From assembly GCA_011605725.1 (NCBI GenBank), contig JAAOZP010000016.1, positions 1 through 63,562 on the forward strand: a stretch of DNA of 63,562 bases. Direction: 5' to 3'. The stretch comes from Nitrososphaerota archaeon (GTDB taxonomy: Archaea > Thermoproteota > EX4484-205 > JAAOZP01). The notes beneath the pieces are model-generated. The model searched no databases. It was not told where the DNA came from and saw only the letters and a list, made by a program, of their open reading frames with translations. Made by a program: the position numbers and the translations under genes. The first letter of the stretch is position 1. Each line of letters begins with the position of its first letter. This document shows, in pieces, positions 1 to 9,847 of this stretch.

Positions 1-306
1 GGCAATGTCTCTATGACGAAAGGGGGCAAGCGTAAAATTCGTATCTATTCGAAGTACAAAGAGGGTTTGAGTGAGCTGAGGGAGCTCTTTATAGATCTGG
101 GGTTTCATCCCGGTGAAATTAAAATGCGTAACAGAGGAACAGTTCCAGGAAGGTATTCAGGACCTGAATACTCTTTTACCATTCCTGAAGAAGACCGTCT
201 GAGATTTATAGAGGAGATAGGATCTGAAAGAGAGGAGCACAAGAGAAGGCTCCAGCTAATAAAAGCAATAGATGAGGAAAAGAAAAGGAGGAAGGGGGAG
301 GGATGA
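1..306 (+). CDS. C-terminal part of a protein ending in a LAGLIDADG-like domain (5' truncated by window edge)
   Basis: Frame open from base 1 (GNVSMTK...). KIRIYS...LSELRELFIDLGF...YSFTI...RFIEEIG resembles the end of a LAGLIDADG domain. No intein C-terminal HN. Stop overlaps the next start (ATGA). Confidence 0.55.
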   Translation, partial: GNVSMTKGGKRKIRIYSKYKEGLSELRELFIDLGFHPGEIKMRNRGTVPGRYSGPEYSFTIPEEDRLRFIEEIGSEREEHKRRLQLIKAIDEEKKRRKGEG

Positions 307-965
307 CGATGGCAAGGAGCGCTACTGTTTGGGTATGGGGTGACAGGTTTGAAGATGTTAGGACGAATTGTGAAAAATACACTAGTAAGAAGTGGAGAGA
401 GACTACGAAAGAATGTCTCGTATACTTCTCTGGCAGGGAGAGGGATGATGGCATTGGTTTGGATATAGCTGCTTACGTAAGCGATAAGGGGAAAGTTGGA
501 GAATTAACTGAGAGCCTGTTTTACTCAATGGTCTTCGCTGGAAACGCTAAGGTGTATTCAATCGTTATCCAATTATTCGAAGATATCTTCTCTAGCAAAG
601 AAGCATACCCGGATTCGTTAGAAGAAGTAGAGAAAAAGCTTAGGGAGCAAGAAGAGATAATCGCAAAGAAGTTCATTAACGATCCTAAAGTAAAGGGGGT
701 AGCACGGGTAAGAAAGGTGAATTTCATCCAGCAGATTAACCTGCTTTGCGAAATGGAATCAGAGTACGCCAACAAGATAGTTGTAGAACTCATTCACGAG
801 GATTTTGAGAAAATTAAAGACTTGCTAAACAACCTGTGTGAAGAACTGATTGAGAAAGGCTTAGTGAAACGCATCACGGGCTACAAGTTGGGGAGAAGTG
901 TTGACGAGCTTGAAGTTGGAGAGGTAGACATTTGGGGAGACGAGGTTCTGGTGTGGCTTGTCTGA
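303..965 (+). CDS. hypothetical protein, translationally coupled to upstream gene (immunity-like candidate)
   Basis: 220-aa charged ORF, ATGA overlap, GGGGGAGG upstream; stop lies 5 bp from the tRNA-Leu 3' end. Confidence 0.7.
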   Translation: MTMARSATVWVWGDRFEDVRTNCEKYTSKKWRETTKECLVYFSGRERDDGIGLDIAAYVSDKGKVGELTESLFYSMVFAGNAKVYSIVIQLFEDIFSSKEAYPDSLEEVEKKLREQEEIIAKKFINDPKVKGVARVRKVNFIQQINLLCEMESEYANKIVVELIHEDFEKIKDLLNNLCEELIEKGLVKRITGYKLGRSVDELEVGEVDIWGDEVLVWLV

Positions 966-970
966 AAAAG

Positions 971-1068
971 TGCGGGGGGTGGGATTTGAACCCACGAACC
1001 CCTTCGGGAAGAGGTTCCTCCCCGAGGTCTTGAGCCTCCCGCCTTTAACCTGGCTTGGCGACCCCCGC
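971..1068 (-). tRNA. tRNA-Leu(CAA) with 13-nt intron at 37/38 (1016-1028)
   Basis: GCGGGGG/CCCCCGC-A acceptor, CT-CAA-G loop, long variable arm, GTTCAAATC T-loop. Confidence 0.93.
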
Positions 1069-1120
1069 CTTTCTTCCCTGCAGTAAGACATATTATTTTG
1101 GATTGTTTTTAAGTTTTAGG

Positions 1121-1405
1121 ATGAGGCTGAGTGAGGTTTTCGCTAGTAGGGTTCAGGCGAGGGTTTTAGAGGAGCTTTTAAACTCTCCTCATACTATTTT
1201 TACTCAGGTTGAGCTGGCTAGGAGGGCTGGATGCTCCTCTTCAAGTGTGGACAGGGCTCTTAAAAATCTTATGAGGCTTGGGCTTATTAGGACTGAGAAG
1301 CTTTCAGTCAACAAGATTGTCGCGTTAAATCTTAATAGTAGGGTTGTGTCTCTTCTTATCCAGTTTAACAGGGATGTGAAGAAGGCTGATAGAGATACTG
1401 CTTAA
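1121..1405 (+). CDS. winged-HTH transcriptional regulator
   Basis: FTQVELARRAGCSSSSVDRALKNLMRLGLI HTH; start moved to ATG 1121 because the track start overlaps the tRNA. Confidence 0.8.
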   Translation: MRLSEVFASRVQARVLEELLNSPHTIFTQVELARRAGCSSSSVDRALKNLMRLGLIRTEKLSVNKIVALNLNSRVVSLLIQFNRDVKKADRDTA

Positions 1406-1460
1406 GGAGAGGATAAGCGGAAGGGGGTTAACGTTCCTCGGCTTAGAGGGTTCCAGCGGT

Positions 1461-2039
1461 ATGGGTGTTATTCAGGCGGGTAATCTAGTGAGGCTCTTCG
1501 ACATGAAGCCGGTTGGCGAGATCGTTTTCTACGGTTTTCCAGACAACTTGATAGTGGACTCTATGGGTGTTGGAAAGATCCCTACGGTTAATATTTACCA
1601 TGCTAGAACTGGGGGTTTCAACATAAGTGTTTTCACGACGATGGTTAGGCAGCAGTATATTGACTCTCTCGGCAACAGGGAGCGCAACATGTTTTTCTCC
1701 TCGCTCCTCTACGCTATGAGGCTAGTCGGGTCCAGTTTCCTCTTAACAATCGACTGTGTGAATGTTTCAAGCAAGAATAGGAAGGCGTATTTAATAGCTA
1801 ATTCTTCAAAGCTTGTTGAGAGGTTTAAGGATAAGGAGGATTATGTTCTTGTAAAAGGAAGACGTTTAAGGAGCTCTTTGACGCTTGCAGTCGCCATGGC
1901 GAGGTTTCAAAAGATCCCTGCTTTGCAGCTAGTGCTTCCAATTAGAGAGCTTACTGAAAGCAGGGTTCAGCATGGTTTTCAAATCCTAGCCAGCATTATT
2001 AATGATGTGTTGCCCTTCATAGCTGAATCTGGAGGGTAG
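1461..2039 (+). CDS. hypothetical protein, weakly PAC2 (proteasome assembly chaperone)-like
   Basis: 192-aa ORF; N-terminal VFYGFP and C-terminal IPALQLV loosely resemble PAC2. Confidence 0.45.
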   Translation: MGVIQAGNLVRLFDMKPVGEIVFYGFPDNLIVDSMGVGKIPTVNIYHARTGGFNISVFTTMVRQQYIDSLGNRERNMFFSSLLYAMRLVGSSFLLTIDCVNVSSKNRKAYLIANSSKLVERFKDKEDYVLVKGRRLRSSLTLAVAMARFQKIPALQLVLPIRELTESRVQHGFQILASIINDVLPFIAESGG

Positions 2040-2048
2040 TTGAATCGT

Positions 2049-3380
2049 CTACGGATAGTGCCAGGGGTTTATGAAACCATAGTCTTCAGCAAGCCTGTTT
2101 TTCTCACGACCATATCTTTTCAACGGCTTAGTTAAATGCCTGTGGGATCTTTCAGGCGGAAGATACGGGTGATTCGTTATTAACCCTCGTTCAATTATTA
2201 TTGTTTGAGGTCCCTCGACTGTCTCGCCGCATTTCTCGCAGGCAAAACCTTGGCGTAGACCAAGGCTCTTACATTTTCTTCCACATTTTGGGCATGATGG
2301 CGATATTCTCCGAGTTTTCTCGCACAGCTTTAAAACCTCCATTTTTTCAGCGTTAATAACCAGCTTCCCCGAGTGTTCCTTAACCCCGCCGTACACCCTT
2401 ATATAGTCTCCGGGTTCAAGCATAGATGCTGCTTTCTTCAGGCCTCCTGTCGGATAGTAGAATGCGCATGAAATTGTCTCCCCGTTTTCAATAGTCACTA
2501 TAACGTGTCCACCCTGAATAATCTTCTTGTCAACCACGCTTCCCTCGACGCATGTTGAATCATATTTTTTAACCTGGCTGATTGCAACAGGCTGGTCTGG
2601 GAAATGCACGTCAGTTCCTTGGTTGGTTTTGAAAATACACCAACATTCCATCTCCTCCTCAGCCTTTACAAGTCTGAATGCGTTGTAGACTGCTTCAGGC
2701 GTTTCCCCCCTTATTCCGAAGAGCACCGGGTCCCTGCCGTGAGGAGTTATCAGGATGCGTTTAGTCTCCGGATCAATATTATTAAAAGTGTGTTTCGAAG
2801 TCAATTCATCCATGAGCATGACGCTGTCCCTATCTATTCTACGAGGCTTCCCATAGTTTTCCTTGACCCTATAGGAGAGAAGCTCGAAAGTATAGTCTTC
2901 GAAGACAGCTCCGACTGCTGCAAGCGCTCCTACAACTCCAACCTTAGAAGTCTTCAGAAACCTGCATGACACACCTGTTTCCTCAGCAATCTTCAAAGCC
3001 TCAACAGGGGAAACCATGCTTCTCAACACCCTGAGGTAGAACTGGTGAAGCACATCTCCCCTCTGGGGGAGACTGTTGGCGAAGACTATCGCTGGCTCCG
3101 ATCTGGGACTGTTTAAATCCGAAAGCTCCTCCACAATTCCCACGACTGAGCCTGCTACCTCATCGTAAACCTCCCGACTATCAATACTTATTCTTATGCT
3201 TACCGCCCCGTTACCCCTTGTCTTCCAAGGAATATTCGGGTTAAGCCTGACGAGAAGAGGATAATCTATAAACCGGACGCCTCTCAAGCTGTCTAGTTTA
3301 GAAACTATTTTTGCGGCCACATATGTGGTGCAGCCGAACACTTCTGAGTCAGTGTCGTCTATACCTATGTTAAGCAGCAT
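2049..3380 (-). CDS. tiaS: tRNA(Ile2) agmatinylcytidine synthase
   Basis: IGIDDTDS..GCTTY, LVRLNPNIPWKTRGNGA, OB fold, Zn ribbon, RHLTKPLKRYG. Confidence 0.95.
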   Translation of the reverse strand: MLLNIGIDDTDSEVFGCTTYVAAKIVSKLDSLRGVRFIDYPLLVRLNPNIPWKTRGNGAVSIRISIDSREVYDEVAGSVVGIVEELSDLNSPRSEPAIVFANSLPQRGDVLHQFYLRVLRSMVSPVEALKIAEETGVSCRFLKTSKVGVVGALAAVGAVFEDYTFELLSYRVKENYGKPRRIDRDSVMLMDELTSKHTFNNIDPETKRILITPHGRDPVLFGIRGETPEAVYNAFRLVKAEEEMECWCIFKTNQGTDVHFPDQPVAISQVKKYDSTCVEGSVVDKKIIQGGHVIVTIENGETISCAFYYPTGGLKKAASMLEPGDYIRVYGGVKEHSGKLVINAEKMEVLKLCEKTRRISPSCPKCGRKCKSLGLRQGFACEKCGETVEGPQTIIIERGLITNHPYLPPERSHRHLTKPLKRYGREKNRLAEDYGFINPWHYP

Positions 3381-3490
3381 TTTGACTCAACGCTGAACAA
3401 GCCTTAAACAGGAACCCTGGCTTTTAAACATAGCCTTAAAAAGCCTACCGCTGATAAACCGAGCTGTTTTTCAGAGAAGACCTTACAGAA

Positions 3491-3582
3491 AGCCTCGGGA
3501 GGGATTTGAACCCTCGGCTAACAGCTTCCCCGGCTTTTTCTGCTTACGAGGCTGCCACTCTACCAGGCTGAGTTACCGAGGC
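3491..3582 (-). tRNA. tRNA-Thr(CGT) with 18-nt intron at 37/38 (3527-3544)
   Basis: GCCTCGG/CCGAGGC acceptor, CT-CGT-A loop; CTCG pairs intron CGGG (BHB helix). Confidence 0.93.
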
Positions 3583-3679
3583 TCACTGGCATTTTTGAAA
3601 AAAGGGGCTTAAAACGTTTTCGCTTTTTTTAAAACCAGGGTTTAAATGTTAAACTAGCTTAGACGGGTCTTGGAAAGGG

Positions 3680-4651
3680 ATGGCGCGAAAAGCGTTCAGC
3701 GAGTATTCGATAATAGATTTCATAAAAAAGATGTTTCCCCAAACTGGGAACATTCTTCCCGATTATGATGATGCTTGGGGCTGTGTGCTTAACAGGAAGC
3801 ATCTTGTCTTCGCAGGAGACATGTTGGTTGAAACAACCGATATCCCGCCTTTCATGACGATTAGGCAAATGGGTTTTAAAAGCTTCACGGTAAGCGTGAG
3901 CGACATAGCCTCTAAGGGATTAGCCCCTACCTATTACTATCTGATTCTTGGGCTTCCACGAGGATTCGGCTGGGGGAGGTTTAAGAAACTGGTAGAGGGA
4001 TGGAGGGATGCTGTCAGCTTTTACGGGGGGACACTTATGGGTGGGGATACAAACGAGTCTTCTTGTGTCACTATCAGCGTGATTGTTTTATCTCTTTCAA
4101 ATAAGCTTCCGATTCCCAGGTCAGGAGGTAAATTGGGAGATATTGTTGCTGTCACCGGGACATTTGGAGAAACATATGTAGGCTTCAGGCTGATGAGAAG
4201 CCTTGATAGACTGCCTGGATTTCTTAGGAAACGCGTATTGAGAAAAATATGCAGGCCCGTAGCAAGGCTTAGAGAAGGCATAGCGCTTAACGGTGTCGCA
4301 GCAGCATGCACCGATTCAAGCGATGGTCTAGCAGTATCCTTGTACAATCTTATTCATGGAACTGGGAAAGGAATCCTGGTGGAGAGGCTGCCGGTCGCTG
4401 AAGGTCTTGAGGAAGCCTCTAGAATACTTAGAGCCCCCTTTTCCCAAATGGTTTTCTACGGTGGGGAAGAGTTTGAGCTTGTGACGGTGATCCCTAAAGA
4501 AAAATGGGGGACGGCTGTTAAAAGAGTTGAGCATGCAGGAGGATCTTTAATACCTATTGGGAGAATCATAAAGCGTAAGGGAGTTTGGTACCGTAGGGAG
4601 GACGGTAGGACAGTTAGGGTCTTAAGAAGAGGCTGGGAACATTTAAAATAG
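3680..4651 (+). CDS. thiL: thiamine-monophosphate kinase
   Basis: DDA, DMLVE, SDIASKG, GGDT, DSSDGL, GGEEFEL, GWEH motifs. Confidence 0.92.
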   Translation: MARKAFSEYSIIDFIKKMFPQTGNILPDYDDAWGCVLNRKHLVFAGDMLVETTDIPPFMTIRQMGFKSFTVSVSDIASKGLAPTYYYLILGLPRGFGWGRFKKLVEGWRDAVSFYGGTLMGGDTNESSCVTISVIVLSLSNKLPIPRSGGKLGDIVAVTGTFGETYVGFRLMRSLDRLPGFLRKRVLRKICRPVARLREGIALNGVAAACTDSSDGLAVSLYNLIHGTGKGILVERLPVAEGLEEASRILRAPFSQMVFYGGEEFELVTVIPKEKWGTAVKRVEHAGGSLIPIGRIIKRKGVWYRREDGRTVRVLRRGWEHLK

Positions 4652-4658
4652 CCTGTCT

Positions 4659-4883
4659 TCAGCTTGCAACCAGTGTCTCAGTCTTCTCAACACCCTCGAT
4701 CGAGTTTATCTCTGCAGTAAGCAGGGCGAGTTCAGAAATGTCGTTCGCCTGAAGAATAGCGACTATGTCAAACCTGCCGAAGCATTCGAAAGCATCGATT
4801 ACGCCTTCGATCTTTCTGATTCTTTCAAGAACCTGCGCCATTTTCCCATTGTCAACGCTTATAAGGACGCAGCTGTAGGTCAT
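4659..4883 (-). CDS. stand-alone Lrp/AsnC ligand-binding (RAM) domain protein
   Basis: FGRFDIVAIL...IEGVEKTETLV. Confidence 0.85.
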   Translation of the reverse strand: MTYSCVLISVDNGKMAQVLERIRKIEGVIDAFECFGRFDIVAILQANDISELALLTAEINSIEGVEKTETLVAS

Positions 4884-5120
4884 TTACGATCCCCCCTCAA
4901 CCTCGACAAGTGTTTCAGTGGCGCTGACGTTTTTGAAAGACCTTATTGCGCGAACCACCTTAGCTATTTCAGACAAGCTTCCCGCCTCTATCTTGGAGAC
5001 AACGTCGTACGCGCCTAGACTTGAAAAAACAAGCTTAACGTTCTCTAATTCTTTAAGCCTTCTAACAACATCCTTGTAGGTTCCAGCCCTACACCTTATT
5101 AAGACTATGGCTTTAACCAT
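4884..5120 (-). CDS. stand-alone Lrp/AsnC ligand-binding (RAM) domain protein
   Basis: GAYDVVSKIEA...NVSATETLV; tandem paralog of neighbour. Confidence 0.85.
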   Translation of the reverse strand: MVKAIVLIRCRAGTYKDVVRRLKELENVKLVFSSLGAYDVVSKIEAGSLSEIAKVVRAIRSFKNVSATETLVEVEGGS

Positions 5121-6856
5121 CGCGAGGAAAAACCGTTATCGCTTTGATTTAACCTTTTCCAGGGAGAAAACATGTAGATTGCACCGTTCTGAACGTCCTC
5201 CAGCCTATCTATCCCCGGAGAGTTATTCAGATAATCTATGGCTTCCTTCCGAAGCGGGCCTGAGGGCTTAGTTATCAAGTTGACGACTCTGCCACTGTAC
5301 GCTTCCATCATAGCATTGGAGATAACTATTAAAACATCTTTTTCAACCGGATATGTTTCTCCGGAAACAGACACGTTTACAAGCCAAGAATTCGACGGTA
5401 GAAACCATGAAGTCAAGTTTCCCGTCCAAAAAGCGTTTCTGCGGGATACGAACATTAGAAGAGCACCAAGCCTAGTATCAGTATCTATTTTAGAGTTGAA
5501 AAGCAGCGAATAACTGTAAGCATCTTCAGCAAGCTTAAGCTCAGAATAACTGATTGACTCTTTAATACCGTATGTGAACTCCGGTTTAGGATAGGATGTG
5601 GATGCGAGTGAAAATATGAAGTAGGCAATCATCATTCCAGCCAGATACTCTTTCTCCATGCTTCTCAACTCGCTGCTGAAACAGCTCAGCCCGTAACCGG
5701 CTAGAGGAGCTGCAAAAAACATGATGAATGTTGGAATCCTATGGATGAGCACACGGTAGTCTCCTAACGAGAGCAGGGCGGAAGCCTCAATCATGAAAAC
5801 TATTAATGGAGCCGTGAAGAACAGTGAGTCATACTGTGAACTTTTCTTACAGTATTGTATAAAGCCGTGGATCGTGAAAGGCAGGAAGCCCAGTGAAATA
5901 GGCACAGTGAACCAAAGGATTGTTGGCAAAGCATCTGGATGAAGCATGAGTGTTAATGCGACGGGGATTAGCATGCCGACCAGCAGTACTGACATAAAAG
6001 TCTTTATGAACGTGAACTTCGGATATTTCTTCACGAATCCTGCTGTTTTGACCGTGACGATTGGAAACAGAAACATTATGACCATTATCAGAAGCAGGAG
6101 AAATGGTTTTTCAAGAACCATGTTTAGGATTAGCCTCAGCATGTTTTCCTCCTCTCCCGCCAAGCTCCAAACATATGCGGATGAAGCAAGCAGGAGAACT
6201 ATGGTTGAAAACATTAGGACTAGTAGTCGCAATAGGCTATCAGTCTTCTCCTGTTTTAAATAATAGTACAAGTAGGAGAGGAATAGTGAGGAGAAGAACA
6301 GGGTGAGTTGAAACGCGGAAAGATGGTGACTCATAGCGGTTAAAAAGCTGGAGAGCATTGCAGGCAGCATCCATCTCCAACTCCTGGTTAAAGCCCTCAT
6401 TGAGAACAGTATAGACAGCCCGTAGAACAGTATCCCAAGCCCCTCCGGTATTACCACACCCCCAACCTGATGCACAAACAGATTAGTCACCGCTAGGTAT
6501 AGAAGCGTGTAAACAGGCTTATTGCCTTCAGTCTTCAACTGTTTTGAAACAAAGTAGGGCGGGAGGATGAAAAAAGCAAATACTAAGGGTTCAACGAAGA
6601 TGAGGATCTTCATGAACATATCGTAGCTAACAGTTTTGAGAACCACTAGTTGAAGATAGTAGAAAAGCGGGCCGTGAGGCATGGAGACGGACCCCTCCTC
6701 GTTCAGCACAAATACTCTTGAAACAAACTCGTAAACGTCAAACCCGTATGGTAACCCATATTTTAACGGTGGAATCATCCTTAACAGTAATGCGATTGAA
6801 AACACTGAAATCAAATACCAGTCCTGATGCTTCAACCTATCCAGGTTTGAACCCAT
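5105..6856 (-). CDS. polytopic membrane protein, possibly GT-C-fold glycosyltransferase-like
   Basis: Many TM segments, early P-YGFD loop, SHHLS motif, soluble C-terminus, glycosylation context. Confidence 0.6.
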   Translation of the reverse strand: MGSNLDRLKHQDWYLISVFSIALLLRMIPPLKYGLPYGFDVYEFVSRVFVLNEEGSVSMPHGPLFYYLQLVVLKTVSYDMFMKILIFVEPLVFAFFILPPYFVSKQLKTEGNKPVYTLLYLAVTNLFVHQVGGVVIPEGLGILFYGLSILFSMRALTRSWRWMLPAMLSSFLTAMSHHLSAFQLTLFFSSLFLSYLYYYLKQEKTDSLLRLLVLMFSTIVLLLASSAYVWSLAGEEENMLRLILNMVLEKPFLLLLIMVIMFLFPIVTVKTAGFVKKYPKFTFIKTFMSVLLVGMLIPVALTLMLHPDALPTILWFTVPISLGFLPFTIHGFIQYCKKSSQYDSLFFTAPLIVFMIEASALLSLGDYRVLIHRIPTFIMFFAAPLAGYGLSCFSSELRSMEKEYLAGMMIAYFIFSLASTSYPKPEFTYGIKESISYSELKLAEDAYSYSLLFNSKIDTDTRLGALLMFVSRRNAFWTGNLTSWFLPSNSWLVNVSVSGETYPVEKDVLIVISNAMMEAYSGRVVNLITKPSGPLRKEAIDYLNNSPGIDRLEDVQNGAIYMFSPWKRLNQSDNGFSSRWLKP

Positions 6857-7323
6857 ACTGTGTCATCCCTCCTTAGTAAAACCGGGCTATAATAGCCTGT
6901 TTGAACAGTTTCACTTGCATCCCAGCAGTATGCTATAATGATCCTCTCAGCCTCAGGATCCATAGGCAGTTTTACGTTAAGCTTTACACCTTCGCCAGGG
7001 TTAAGCGTGACTGTTCTGAAGCCTAACGTTCTAAAATTTGTAAAACAGTAAAAAGCATTGTCCTCCGAGACCCTGCTGCCCTCATAACCGATTAAAAATA
7101 TCAGATGCCCCTCGTGTTTCCCGCTAGAATTATTCTTTAAAAAAAGAGCTATAGAAAAACAGTCATCTTCCCGCTTGAAACCAATTATTTTAACCGCTAT
7201 GAAGTCTTTCGGCGGCGTCTCAAGAAGCTCGTATGATGTGAAGAGAAGAACCAGAAACAGACTCATTAAAAACACGGTTCTCTGGAAAAAGACTCCGTTC
7301 CCGCTGCCTCTGTTTCGGCTCAA
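6832..7323 (-). CDS. membrane-anchored beta-rich hypothetical protein
   Basis: N-terminal TM, VTLNPGE Ig-like motif; overlaps downstream gene. Confidence 0.6.
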   Translation of the reverse strand: MSRNRGSGNGVFFQRTVFLMSLFLVLLFTSYELLETPPKDFIAVKIIGFKREDDCFSIALFLKNNSSGKHEGHLIFLIGYEGSRVSEDNAFYCFTNFRTLGFRTVTLNPGEGVKLNVKLPMDPEAERIIIAYCWDASETVQTGYYSPVLLRRDDTVWVQTWIG

Positions 7324-7419
7324 AGGACACCGTTAGCCATGAAAACAGGCTTATTTTAAACTATTGCCTCCGAGCCTGGAAAACTTATTAAACAACATTA
7401 ACTCCCGTTCGGGGAGAAA

Positions 7420-8433
7420 ATGCTGGAAAAACCTATACTCATCATAACTGCTTCAACAGCGATTGGCCTCGCCTCATCCATGTTAATCTTAAGATACATA
7501 ACTAGGAGCTTCGTTAAACTCGGCATCTCCGGATTAGATCATCATAAGCCGGGGAAGCCCCGAATTCCAGAGATGGGTGGCTTAGCATTCGTCATAGGGG
7601 TTGCAGCAGCCTCGATGCCAGCGGTTCTGCTGGATTTTCATGTTTCTGAAGTAGTAGGGATGATGCTTACGGTGCTTGCAACAGGAGCCGTGGGAATCAT
7701 AGATGATTTGAAAAAACTGGGAGCAGTGGAGAAGCCTCTTCTCACAGCCGCAGCAGGTTTACCGTTAATCCTTTTACATCCTTACTCTGGTAAACTGTTT
7801 TTAACATTTGGAATAGTTTTTCGAATCCCCTTAATATACATGGTGATGATACCAGGCTTGCTTGCAGTAGTGTCTAACTCGGTCAACATGTTTGACACTA
7901 TGAACGGTACCGCCACCGGCTCCTCCCTTATGGTTTTAACAACACTGTTTCTAGTGACGGTTTTGAAACACTTTACTGGAGGAGGTTTCGACATACTTCT
8001 GGCAAGTCTATTGTTCAGCATTGTTTTCCCCCCTATGCTAATATTGTTCGCTTATAACAAGTATCCGGCTAGGGTTTTCGTCGGCGACACTGGCACTCTC
8101 TCCATAGGGGGAGCACTCCTAGCCTTCTCGATCATCCAGGGTTGCGAAATACCTTTGATAATAAGTCTACTGCCTCATTTGACCAACGGCTTCTTCAATC
8201 TTTCAAGCGTTGGGAGGCTTTTCGAAAGATCAGAGTTGAAAGAGAGACCCATAGTTGTTTCAGAGGACGGCACCATATATGCAAACAGGGATTTGAAAGC
8301 ACCAATAACCCTGACGAGGTTCATCGCTGCACTGGGCTTCAGAAACGAGAAGGAGATCATAAAGGCAATCATGATTCTATGCATCATATCGAACGGGCTG
8401 ACTATTTTGACGGTTCTACTAGGATTATGGTGA
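7420..8433 (+). CDS. UDP-GlcNAc:dolichyl-phosphate GlcNAc-1-P transferase (MraY/Alg7/AglH family)
   Basis: DHHKP..PEMGG, GIIDD, NSVNMFDTMNG, YPARVFVGDTG. Confidence 0.88.
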   Translation: MLEKPILIITASTAIGLASSMLILRYITRSFVKLGISGLDHHKPGKPRIPEMGGLAFVIGVAAASMPAVLLDFHVSEVVGMMLTVLATGAVGIIDDLKKLGAVEKPLLTAAAGLPLILLHPYSGKLFLTFGIVFRIPLIYMVMIPGLLAVVSNSVNMFDTMNGTATGSSLMVLTTLFLVTVLKHFTGGGFDILLASLLFSIVFPPMLILFAYNKYPARVFVGDTGTLSIGGALLAFSIIQGCEIPLIISLLPHLTNGFFNLSSVGRLFERSELKERPIVVSEDGTIYANRDLKAPITLTRFIAALGFRNEKEIIKAIMILCIISNGLTILTVLLGLW

Positions 8434-8437
8434 GAAC

Positions 8438-8713
8438 ATGAGTAGGCTTCTCAACCTTAAACCTTTGATCCTCCTAATCCTGTTTAACTATGTTGTGATC
8501 ATATTCGGCTCATACGTCTTCTACACTATTCAAGTAAACATAGAGAGAACCCTTAGGGCCTTGCCGAGGCTGTTAGTAGGATTTATTCAGGCTTCAGTCG
8601 GGTTGCTACTAATACTACTATGGATATTCGTCTGGCTCAGTATGTATAAACACCTATTCACAAGAGAGATACGTAAAGATGCTGGGGAAAATGCTTCTTC
8701 AAATCAGGCTTAA
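8438..8713 (+). CDS. small two-TM membrane protein
   Basis: Two hydrophobic helices; GGTGA RBS upstream. Confidence 0.65.
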   Translation: MSRLLNLKPLILLILFNYVVIIFGSYVFYTIQVNIERTLRALPRLLVGFIQASVGLLLILLWIFVWLSMYKHLFTREIRKDAGENASSNQA

Positions 8714-9757
8714 ACATGTTTCAGAGATTTTTTCGGCAGGGTCTTCCATTTTTCCGAGACTCTTCAAAGACAAAAGCCTTTCATGCTCCCGGAATTCCTG
8801 CGAAACGGTTTTCCTCAACCAGCTACGCAAATCTTTTTCCCCGGTTGATTTAACCAGTAATCCTTTTTTCACAAGATATTCTTCAACGATTGTTGAGGAA
8901 GGATATATTGATACTGCTGGAACTCCCATGAGAACGGCTTCAACACTCATCGTTCCCCCCGCGCCGATGAAACCTTTCGAGTAAAACAGGATTGAACGAG
9001 TATCTTCGCCATGCTTAAGCACAACTATATCATGTTTTTTAAAAAACCTTCTATACGTTTCAATTTCATACCTGGGTACGATAACGATTCTTAGCCCCGC
9101 TAGATGCTTATCTTTCAGGAAAACTTTAGAAACAGTTTCAAGCGTAAGCCTCCTCACGTTTAAATAGGATGCTCTGTACTCCTCAGGCCTGTATACGACG
9201 TATTCTCCCTCAATCAACCCGTATTTTCTAAGAATTCTTTTCGAGGGATTAAAGCCCTTCAGCCATGCGACAGGATCTAGCGATCCGTAGGTAACTATGT
9301 CTTTTCCACTTATGCCGTATTTCAACCAGGCTTTTTTACCAACAACCCTGGGAGTGAGAAGCTTACGGCTGAGCGGTACAGTTAGTCTTGCAACGTGCGT
9401 TGAATGCGGAGAATCGTTTACAGAAACATGAGGAATGCCCAGTCCAAACGCAACCCTAGCTGCCTCCGGTGAGCTGAAGCTTAAAACAAGGTCTGGAGAA
9501 ATCTTTCTCACAAGTTTTAAAAGACGAGTCATCCTGTCGAGCGACGAAGCAAGCTTCCCGTAGAGGCTCCCGCCCCCGTGTCTACCTACGATAACAGGTT
9601 TGATACGCGACAATTTGAAAATATTGGCTAGCTCAACATATTTGCGTGAAGTAATAAGCACTTCACACCCTTTCTCCTCAAGCTTCTCTTTAACCTTGCC
9701 GAATAGAAGAGCTTGCTTAGGCGTGAGCACGTCTATCATTATCTTTTTCTCGGACAA
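8699..9757 (-). CDS. DUF354 family (GT-B-like) protein
   Basis: IDVLTPKQ, GRHGG, SPEAARVAFGLGIP, GAGGTM.EA. Confidence 0.85.
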   Translation of the reverse strand: MSEKKIMIDVLTPKQALLFGKVKEKLEEKGCEVLITSRKYVELANIFKLSRIKPVIVGRHGGGSLYGKLASSLDRMTRLLKLVRKISPDLVLSFSSPEAARVAFGLGIPHVSVNDSPHSTHVARLTVPLSRKLLTPRVVGKKAWLKYGISGKDIVTYGSLDPVAWLKGFNPSKRILRKYGLIEGEYVVYRPEEYRASYLNVRRLTLETVSKVFLKDKHLAGLRIVIVPRYEIETYRRFFKKHDIVVLKHGEDTRSILFYSKGFIGAGGTMSVEAVLMGVPAVSIYPSSTIVEEYLVKKGLLVKSTGEKDLRSWLRKTVSQEFREHERLLSLKSLGKMEDPAEKISETCLSLI

Positions 9758-9847
9758 TGTTCAGGCTAAACACGTCTGGAACCAGCTATTATTCTTTTAA
9801 CTTCAGGCTCAGTTAATCTTAAAAAACGCTTTCGCTGAGCTATTCGG

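Noticed and set aside
1-306. Intein
   Set aside because: The ORF stops after the endonuclease-like segment without a C-terminal splicing motif or extein.
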